This document shows, piece after piece, positions 56,832 through 64,000 of a stretch of 64,000 nucleotides of DNA. The DNA comes from Tubulanus polymorphus (taxonomy: Eukaryota; Animalia; Nemertea), in NCBI RefSeq assembly GCF_964204645.1, contig NC_134027.1, positions 27,490,560 to 27,554,559 of the forward strand, given 5' to 3'. The translations under genes were made by a program, and so were the position numbers. Numbering within the stretch: position 1 is the stretch's first letter; the number at the start of each line of letters is the position of its first letter. The notes under the pieces are model-generated. The model did not search any database and was not told the origin of the DNA. It was given only the letters and a program-made list of their open reading frames with translations.

Positions 56832-59523
56832 TTAATTAGATTCGTCGTTTTCCCATCCACTCACTTCAACCACTTCATACATATCTTTACGTTGTTGCGT
56901 AGAAATTGGTATCTGTTTCCGGACGGCATCGAGAAATTCTAAGTCTATAAAGAATCAAAACAGGTGGAAATAGAAAACATCAAATCAGTCAAGAATCAGA
57001 TGAATTACACAGAATATGATTAGTAAGAGACTAATCTCTGATATTAATCTCAATATTTCAGAGTTAATGAGCAAAACTAACGGTTAATGATTCAACAGTT
57101 TATTGCGACAGTTTCAAAGTTTTAACTAAATGAAATGATTTTCTTTTCTTTGATGATGAAGTTCAGTTAAAACCTTGAAACTATCTGAAAATATTTTGTT
57201 AAATCATCAACTGTGAGTTTAGCTCATTAACACACAAATAATTTACTACTTTTCGATAAACTGTATTTTCTGAAGACATTGAAATCGATTTAGGTGGAAA
57301 ACCTATTGGTGAAACTGGGCCCAGAGTAGAATTTTATAGTCACTTGCCAGGGTTCAGTTTTACACAAAATCAATTTAAGATAAACTGAATAATTTAATAA
57401 ACTGAATAATTAATCCTTTATTATGTGAACCTAGGTCATTTCTTACCAATATCTTGATACAAAACTTGCTCTTTGGCCTCGGCTTTAGAGACAACTTCAC
57501 CCCTAAAATATAGAATAAATCATCTCAATAGATATTCACTAATAACTGTTCATTATAGATGTGATTATTGTCACTAACCATGGACTGATGAGTACAGAAT
57601 GACCCCAAGCAATATAAGTTGCCTCTTCATTTCTTGCAGGCGATATTGCAGCTACATAACACTGGTTATCTAACGCACGTGAACGATGCAATAATTCCCA
57701 ATGCGCAGGACCAGTTGTCATATTAAAAGCACCGGGATAAATAATCAATTTACAACCTATATCAGAATGGAAAAACAGAGCTAATTAATATTCATTTTCA
57801 AGACATATATATAATTATATCAATTTGGACTTTTTTCGGTACCTTTTTTAGCGTAGATGCGTGCAAACTCCTGGAATCTCACATCGTAACAAATTCCAAC
57901 ACCAATTTTACAATAAGCTGTAAAATATGAATCAGGACAAATTCAAAACATATTTTGAGACACAAGAAATGAATTTAAACATACTCGACTTTATACATAC
58001 GTGTATCTATTACTGCATATTTATCTCCTGCGGTCAAAACTTCCGATTCTTTAAACGTTATTTTATCCTTGATATCGATATCAAATAAATGACACTAAAA
58101 TAGAACAATGTGGAAAAGCGCGTCAGATCATATATGTACCGTACGGTGCTGCCGCTATGTTCATCGTTAGCGGATTTTTCAAACACTAACACGCGCCAAC
58201 TCTGGCAATCAATACAAGGCAATTGCCAGAGGCGATTCCGGTTAGTGTATGAAAATTCCGCTAACGATGAGCATAGCGGCAGCACCTAACGGTGTACGGA
58301 TGCTGTATGCAGTTTGGCCCAGATATTCGACCACAGCCCGCCGCATGAACTTAAGTTTTTATTGCTTCATATAATACACGAGTTACATAGGTTATGGCAT
58401 GCGATAAAACTTAAATACAAGAAAACGGTTCATAAAACAGAATTATGAATGAATATCGTGCATGCATGGGCATTGTCTATGTAATATCAGTCAGAAAAGA
58501 TCGGATTTTCTTCTTTAAAAAAAATCTTGACGTGCAAAATTCACAACCACAATAAAACTGATATCGTTTACTAAAAGAATCTATTTCAAACAATACCTTT
58601 CTATATTTGGCAACTAAAATTCCTTCATCGTTAAACACTGGACACGTATTATACAATTTAGTTCCGTCTCTTTCAGGGATAGATCCTAAAATTCAACAAA
58701 ATATTAATTAAACAAAGTTGGGGGTGACAGGGAAATATTTCAGTCAATAATTTGCATGAATCAACTACTACTGGTAATAAATTATCACCTCCAAATAGAA
58801 ATATCTTGTTCTCTTTTGCAGCACATGAAAGAACTTCTGTAGTTTGACCAGGAATTGTTTCTGCATATTCATCGAAATATCTCGTACCATAAGGAGAATT
58901 AAAACATTCCTACAATCACAAACACACTACATATCACTGTGTGATTACAAATATAGCATTCAGGATTCTCTTATATGACAAACTCTTACAGGCAATGCAA
59001 CGATCTTTGCACCTTCCTTAGCAGCATCTGTGATTAGTTTACAAACTCTGGCTAAATTCTCAATTTTATTACTCGAGACAGCCATTTGAATCAGGGCGAT
59101 CTTGAACTCTGAAAGTAAAATGCATGTTTTTCTATATAGCGATTTTTATCCACGTTCTAGGCAATATAGAGTTTTATTTGTGCTAAAATACTTGAATTTC
59201 ACCATTTTATCTATTTGTAAAAGCATAGAACTCAACTAATTTTATTTGATTTCTGTCGTATAAGCCACGACCCGCAATACGCCCGCCGGCAGATACACCG
59301 TCACGTGCTGCCACCTGTGGGAGGTGGATCCTATTGTTTACACTCCATCAACTTCTATTTATTAGCGTGTATTGTTAATTTACAAAACCGGTTATCATAG
59401 AAAAAAAAACTGTGTTAAAAAGTCTTTCATTTCTAACTAAAATACACATAATTCTGTAAAGATAAACGCATAAATACCGAAATGACGTGGCAGCCAATTC
59501 TACTTACTGTTAACTGAAGCCAT
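56832..59523 (-). CDS. NIT2: Omega-amidase NIT2 (nitrilase superfamily), 9 exons
   Basis: Exons 59523-59508, 59108-58990, 58909-58789, 58685-58597, 58094-58001, 57917-57843, 57756-57579, 57502-57447, 56944-56832, all GT-AG and in phase. Reads [74 protein letters not shown]; Glu-Lys-Cys triad intact. Confidence 0.96.
58139..58292. mobile_element. Same MITE family, in NIT2 intron 4
   Basis: TA-CCGTACGGTGCTGCCGC...GCGGCAGCACCTAACGG; its right flank resembles the flanks of the copies in the GPCR spacers. Confidence 0.85.
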
Positions 59524-59527
59524 CTTG
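59519..59527 (-). promoter_or_regulatory. YY1-like motif overlapping the NIT2 start codon
   Basis: CAAGATGGC on the minus strand; common in housekeeping genes with short 5' UTRs. Confidence 0.4.
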
Positions 59528-61485
59528 ATTTACCTTTGTGACCCCTAAAAATCGATTATAAACTTAACCCTTTATCAACGAATGAGACGAAAGCGAAACA
59601 ACTAATTTTTGTTGGATAAATAAGTTTAATTTTATTTGTTCATGTTTCTAAGTGTAACTGAATTTTGCATGCTATACACATTGAATATAGATAATACCAT
59701 ACATCAGAGTAAAACAAACAGAAATTGATTTAATTCATTATAATCATTATCATGATTTCTCCTTTTTTGGGAAAATAAAAAAAATTTAGTTCATTCAACT
59801 GAATGTTTAATATTATAGAATTGTATAGTTAAAAAAATCATCACATTTTTCTTTTTACAATACCAGGCATTTCCAATAAAAATTATGACAAAAACATATC
59901 TTCAGTGAAAAAATTCATGTACAATATCGAACCAGATAGTTTCACAAGATTCAATGCATTCTTTAAACTACACAAAATGCTAAATCGGACTTTTGTAGAA
60001 TAAGAACAAAATATGAACTTTTGAAGCATGCACAAAGTATATTCTCTTCTAGAAACTGCTAAGTAAAGAATAGCTGATGTGAACAGAGTTTCGATGAAAA
60101 TTGGGTTTCTTTTTTACATATTTAATCAGGTAAAATGAATTGTTTTTACAATTTCAAGCTCAGACTTAATTAATGAACAAACAATACACTTTCCTCGATA
60201 AAATCTCTTACTGAAGCAGATGCACAAATCCAATGAGGAGAATGAAGGGGTCCATTGTGTCACCTCCACCAAATAAATACCGCTACATTGTCACATGTTT
60301 GGGGAGAATTCTAAACCTCTGGGCCAGTTCCAGATTCAAAACTTAAGACAAAAGATGGTCTTAAGTCTTAAGACTGATCTTAAGTTGTTAGATTGGCTAT
60401 AGAGCTAAGTTGGTCTTAGAACAGATCTTAAATCTAAGCCCTGACTATGGAACCGACCCCAGCTGGCACAAGTTGCATAGCTTAGACTTAAGACCAATCT
60501 AAGACCAACTCTGTTCCGTAGCCAATGCAACAATTTAAGACCACTTTTGGACTAAAGCCACAGCTGTGCAACTGGGCCCTGCTGTTCCACAATGTTACGT
60601 ATATACTATATAAACAGTACCAGTGTGTTTGTATGCGGTGTGTTATATATGGCACTAGATTACTGGGCATCATTTACTGAATTACAATCAATATACAACA
60701 AACAGGCTTCTCTCAATCAGTACAGAATTCATGCCGTTATTTACAAGTTATACATGGATTCTCTCTCACTCTCTCACAACTCACTCAATATCAGATACAT
60801 CAATCTAAAAACACCGGACACCGAGAGATACAAGCGAGAACCGTGTATTAAAACTGTGCACAAGTTTCAATAAAACTTCCTCATCAAATCATCGATGTCC
60901 GGAGTTTTTTTGTACTTATTTTCTAGGGAATAACATGTTATTTAAGGACTGGATTATATTGAATTATTGCTGAGTTTCGAGTATAAAAATTTCACACCAT
61001 TTCCTTCGACGAATATCATTTTTTACAAAGTGAAAATAAATCCACGTGACGCGAGTTAAAAGGCAATATTTGACGGCTATGTATAAAATATACAAGTACT
61101 AAAGTAACAGTCAGTTTAGAGTTGAACTTAAGCTTGAACAGTAGACTGCGCACTCGTCCTGGATCTTGCGCGATCAATATTTTCTGGGGGGGGGGGGTGA
61201 ATTGAGTGAATTCTGGGGCAGTCGGAGCTATAGACACCACATGAATTAGAGTAGAAATAGTTCAAAAACTTTGTCCACGGGGGCCGGGGTAATTTTAAGG
61301 TAATCGACTCTGTGGCAGGTAGGGTCCGAGGCACGTGATACTCAGAGGTAATCAGCTCTATGGAAAGCACGCAGTCTACTGTACTATCATCATCAATACA
61401 ATAATAATAGATTGACAACAGAGGAATTAGAATAAATGCTAGTTTACACGTGTGAAGGTTTCTGCAGTAAATGCTGTTTGTTTGT

Positions 61486-64000
61486 TTATGTTTGTTTATT
61501 ATTGAGTCGATCCGCTGTGAGATTAACGAGGCGTCTGCTGAACAAAGGCTGCGTTTCCGTAGTGAATCGTTTTTGAGGAGGTTGTAACGATTCGTCGTGA
61601 TCTCGACTGAAGATACGTTTTACCGTCACTCGACGCTCGCCCATTTTTATCATTGTGTTTATTGCACGAAGATCCTACAAATAAAATATCAATCAATAAA
61701 TCATTACAATATACACTGTCTCTAGAGAAACCTGCACCGGGGTACATAACTGTGAGTTAGAGTTTAATCTGAACTCAGGATCCAGTTACATAGCTGTGAG
61801 TTAGAGTTAACTGTGAACTCAGGATCCAGTTTGACAGTTGTGAGTTAGAGTTAACTGTGAACTCAGGATCCAGTTTGACAGTTGTGAGTTAGAGTTAACT
61901 GTGAACTCAGGATCCAGTTCCACAGTTCTCTGAACTCTGGAGCCAGTTACAAGTTACAGTGAGTTAGAGTTGAATCTCTGAGTTAAAATCAGTTCATTTT
62001 CAATGAGTTAAATCTTAGCTAACATCCATGCAACTGGATCCAGAGGGGCTGATCAGGGTATTTCTTGATTGAATTATAAGATAACCTCCGCAGTGGGGGC
62101 CGTTTCTTATCAACAAGTTTCTTGTGCCAATTATCACCAGCAAGAACAGTAAGCCACCAAAGATTCAAATTCACTGATCAACTTATGAGATATCCTCAGT
62201 GAGGTCCGTTTCTTATTAACAAATTTCGTGTGCTACTCGTCACCAGCAAGAACAAGACACCAAAAATTCAAATCTCATAGGGTGCAAAAGAACTTGAGAA
62301 GATTTTTAAAACTCGAATTACCTTGGCAGGACTTCTGTTGAAGCAGTATAGCATACGACTATTAGGAGTGAGGGGTGTTTTACTCTTGTGGGGTGAAACA
62401 AACACGCTGTGATTACTCGACACTTTACGCGGCGACATCTTATGAGATTGAACTCTCGGTAACGGAGACAATAATGGAGATTTCTGTAAATATATCAATA
62501 ATCAATCGTTAAGAGTTTGTGAAGTAAAACACACGATATAATTGTATCGACACCGGTAATACTTACCCCTTGACTGCTGGCCGAAAACTTCATAGCAAAG
62601 TGTCGTAATTTACTGACAAAAACCTGAACAAAAATTAAAATTCAAACAATTATCGAGAATGAATAACATCTCCCACAGTATGTACGGTACTCTGAGTACA
62701 TATACCTAAAAATAGCGTTCACAGGAAGGAGGAGATGGGAAAAGGGATTGTAGATCGGAGGGGATGTAGGTAGCAGGGGGCGTATAGCGAGAATACTTAC
62801 AGAGTTATAGAATTTGATGAGATCACCCCTATCTTCGAATTCGAATGTAGTTCCCGTACCGCTGAGACGTGTCGGGGTCGGTGGTTGACTGTTTGGGTTC
62901 GGCACTGGTAACGTACTCGTAGAGCGAATACTACTCAAATGTTCCGCTCTTTCTGTTCATAGAAATAAATACAACATTAATTCGTGAAGGAATTCCGATC
63001 GAGTTGTTCGTAAAATCTGTTGAATAAAACTTACTTTTTTCCTTTTCGTCTTTATCTTCAGGGAATGGAGATGATGAACCGCTAGCACTGGATGCACCAG
63101 AAACGTGACGTTTACGGCTCGTTAATAAAACACTTCGATAAACCTTTAATTTATAAATAAACATCTCAATAAATGGTAAATATACAAAAGGGTGGATAGC
63201 AGGATTCTTACAGTCACATCGAGGTATTCAAAATACTCTGATCATTCCATTTAACACATGAGCAAAAATTCCCTGATCAAATTATGAGATATCCTCAGTG
63301 AAGACTGTTTCTTATCAAGTGGTTCATTGTGACACTCATCACCAGCAAGAACAAGACACCAAAAACTCAAATTCCCTGATCAAATTATAAGATATCCTCA
63401 GTGAAGACTGTTTCTTATCAAGTGGTTCATTGTGCTACTCATCACCAGCGAGAACAAGACACCAAAAACTCAAATTCCCTGATTAGATTATAAGATATCC
63501 TCCCTGGAATTACCTGATCTATGAATTCCTTGATCTATAAGAACCCTGGTGGGGGGAGGGGGGAGGGGTTGGTTTTAAAACTTACGTGACTCTGAGCCTG
63601 TGGTTGCATGCGATAATATTTCATGATATCCTGGAATGATTTATCAGCATCCGACACCTAAAATAACAACATAGTTACAATCAGTGAACAGTGAACTCTA
63701 TCTCTTCACTCATCGATGTATTTCACACAGAGTTCAGAATCAGGGAAAGAGAACATTTCTCTAAATAGATTCAAGCACTTCAACTTTGAGTGAGATATTT
63801 ACTGAGTTGGTAAAAGCTACGTACCTTGGACATGACATAAATAGCACACATAATAATCTGATCGAGATGACGATCCATTAATAATTCAGTTTCATTAACG
63901 ATCGTCCATTCAAAACACGTCCAAATCCGTCTGCGTAAATCGGCATCGATCTCAATACGTTCGCACATATCTCGTAAACGTACGCTCGCTAATGTATAAA
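61486..64000 (-). CDS. RBL1/RBL2: Retinoblastoma-like pocket protein (p107/p130 type), 3' portion; 5' end outside the window
   Basis: Exons >64000-63825, 63657-63586, 63143-63035, 62952-62801, 62623-62567, 62483-62322, 61674-61486. Pocket-B sequence LASVRLRDMC..RRRIWTCFE..LMDRHLDQIIMCAIY..SFQDIMKYYRMQPQAQSHVYRSVL, then RGDLIKFYN, SP/TP-rich C-terminus and SPAKDLRAIN. Confidence 0.95.
61748..61925. repeat. 44 bp repeat x4 made of a MITE left arm, in the last RBL intron
   Basis: GGATCCAGTTTGACAGTTGTGAGTTAGAGTTAACTGTGAACTCA. Confidence 0.85.
63265..63500. repeat. ~103 bp unit x2.3; diverged copies at 62060-62272
   Basis: AAATTCCCTGATCAAATTATGAGATATCCTCAGTGAAGACTGTTTCTTATCAA...CACCAGCAAGAACAAGACACCAAAAACTC. 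Confidence 0.85.

Noticed and set aside
63290-63460. C/D snoRNA-like or hammerhead-like motif on the minus strand in RBL introns (GTGATGA...GAAAC...CTGA)
   Set aside because: Only ~48 nt from box C to box D; the boxes are not conserved in the 62.1-62.3 kb copies; no CUGA core; the end resembles a MITE TIR.

Overview
AT-rich animal genomic DNA with short GT-AG introns; a spiralian/lophotrochozoan invertebrate is my inference and the species is not identified. Genes assembled by hand from splice signals: (1) a 12-Cys, probably GPI-anchored protein gene (+, 9.7-11.5 kb, first exon not found); (2) a ~33-exon RPGRIP1L/fantom orthologue (+, 14.0-30.6 kb) whose introns are full of minisatellites and MITEs; (3) three intact, near-identical intronless rhodopsin-class GPCRs of the FMRFamide/sex-peptide/Srw-like group, plus one truncated copy and small fragments (-, 33-56 kb); (4) a complete 9-exon omega-amidase NIT2 (-, 56.8-59.5 kb); (5) the 3' half of a p107/p130-type retinoblastoma-like gene (-, 61.5-64 kb). 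Between the GPCR copies is a ~1.8 kb unit repeated about 4 times. It carries many short, well-spliced-looking exons with no sustained ORF and a variable CAG tract, and may be a lncRNA. Main points of interest: RPGRIP1L and RBL are convergent neighbours, as at human 16q12.2; the GPCR duplication cassette is built partly from NIT2 pieces; several ~200 bp palindromic intronic elements carry Penelope-type hammerhead-like cores; splice acceptors are tandemly duplicated in two genes; and several minisatellites look seeded from MITE termini. Most short ORFs in the supplied track are repeat artefacts. Coordinates were read by eye and may be off by a few bases.
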